From Sulfurovaceae bacterium (GTDB lineage Bacteria > Campylobacterota > Campylobacteria > Campylobacterales > Sulfurovaceae): a DNA stretch of 64,000 nucleotides. The position numbers were made by a program, and so were the translations under genes. Below, piece by piece: positions 63,351 to 64,000 of the stretch; position 1 is the stretch's first letter; each line of letters starts with the position of its first letter. The stretch is taken from positions 98,741-162,740 of the forward strand of contig CAVORT010000009.1 in assembly GCA_963698695.1 (NCBI GenBank). Direction: 5' to 3'. The notes below the pieces were generated by a model. That model made no database searches, was not told the origin of the DNA, and worked only from the letters and a program-made list of their open reading frames with translations.

Positions 63351-63534
63351 GTTCTAATCCTATCTTTACTGGTTTCCACGTTGAATAAGTTATTAAGAAT
63401 GGTTACAATAGACACACTTCATAAAAAAAGCATACTTCTTAGTCCTTAAAATAGAGTAGAAATGGATTTTTTAATACGTACATAATTTTTAAAGACTATC
63501 ATAGTGACATAGATATTTATTTTAAGGAGAAAAG

Positions 63535-64000
63535 ATGGAGTTATCACTACTGCTTGTATTTTGGTATGGCGTACTTCACGCCTTTGGGCCTGACCACCTT
63601 ACGGCGATTGCAGACTTTTCTATAGGGAAGAACAAGCAAGAAAACATTTATCATTACTTCACTGTTTGCGGTGGGGCATGGAGTGAGTCTTTTTATCTTT
63701 GCAAAAGTGCTTCAGAGTATCTCTATCTCAGAAGAGATATTAGCGTATGGTGATGTCATTTCGGCTACGGTTATCATAGCGATGGGACTTTACCTGCTCT
63801 ATATGGTCTATGCAAATCGTATACAGCTTCGTACACATGAACATGAGGGTAAAGAACACATCCACATTTGGTTTGGTAAATCACATGAGCATGACAGTGA
63901 TGTAGTAGCAAAGAGTTCGTCACTGACATTGGGTCTCCTGATGGGTGCAGGAGGCGTGAGAGGTATGCTCATCACCCTTGGTGTGGTACAGGGTGCACAA
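63535..64000 (+). CDS. Nickel/cobalt transporter (NiCoT/UreH-like), indel, runs off the window
   Basis: HAFGPDH, FAVGHG, His-rich loop THEHEGKEHIHIW..SHEHD. Confidence 0.8.

Noticed and set aside
449-63415. Numerous 60-150-aa antisense or overlapping ORFs in the track (e.g. 27367..27810, 28578..28985, 41872..42228)
   Set aside because: Shadows of well-supported genes, with no motifs of their own.
63470-63520. NikR operator upstream of the Ni transporter
   Set aside because: Plausible by context, but no convincing palindrome is visible.
756-64000. Mass pseudogenisation or programmed frameshifting (MBOAT, hydrogenases, lpd-like, proAB, hypF, Ni transporter)
   Set aside because: Breaks are single-base indels clustered in blocks, often in short runs, with catalytic motifs intact; this fits long-read consensus error better than biology.

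Overview
AT-rich bacterial chromosomal segment. Gene content (group-1b-type hydABCD-hydE-hypF, NifU-like gene, SQR, TATAAT promoters, AGGA RBSs) points to a Sulfurovum/Sulfurimonas-like Campylobacterota; this is an inference. Many conserved genes are split by single-base indels clustered in blocks, most likely long-read errors, so I report them as reconstructed genes. In order: an O-acylation locus (SGNH-like, MBOAT, large repeat-rich secreted SGNH protein) preceded by a c-di-GMP-I riboswitch; a two-component system with three identically built direct-repeat promoters; pfkA; a defence islet (ORF6N, PLD-helicase-DUF3427, Fic toxin-antitoxin flanked by a duplicated arfB 5' end); an unusual [NiFe]-hydrogenase whose small subunit is fused to an FAD/NAD(P)H oxidoreductase plus BFD-like module, with a vestigial Tat signal and no membrane anchor (top candidate for a new system); P-type ATPase, Lpd-like, USP, ald, glsA; a Cys-depleted NifU paralog; CHASE-PAS-GGDEF-EAL; Fe-ADH; proBA-TPR-putAP; AmmeMemoRadiSam; ppsA; a Tat-signal SQR upstream of the periplasmic hydrogenase and maturation genes; an IS1595-like remnant split by an SDR gene; a partial Ni transporter. 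No rRNA, tRNA or CRISPR array seen.
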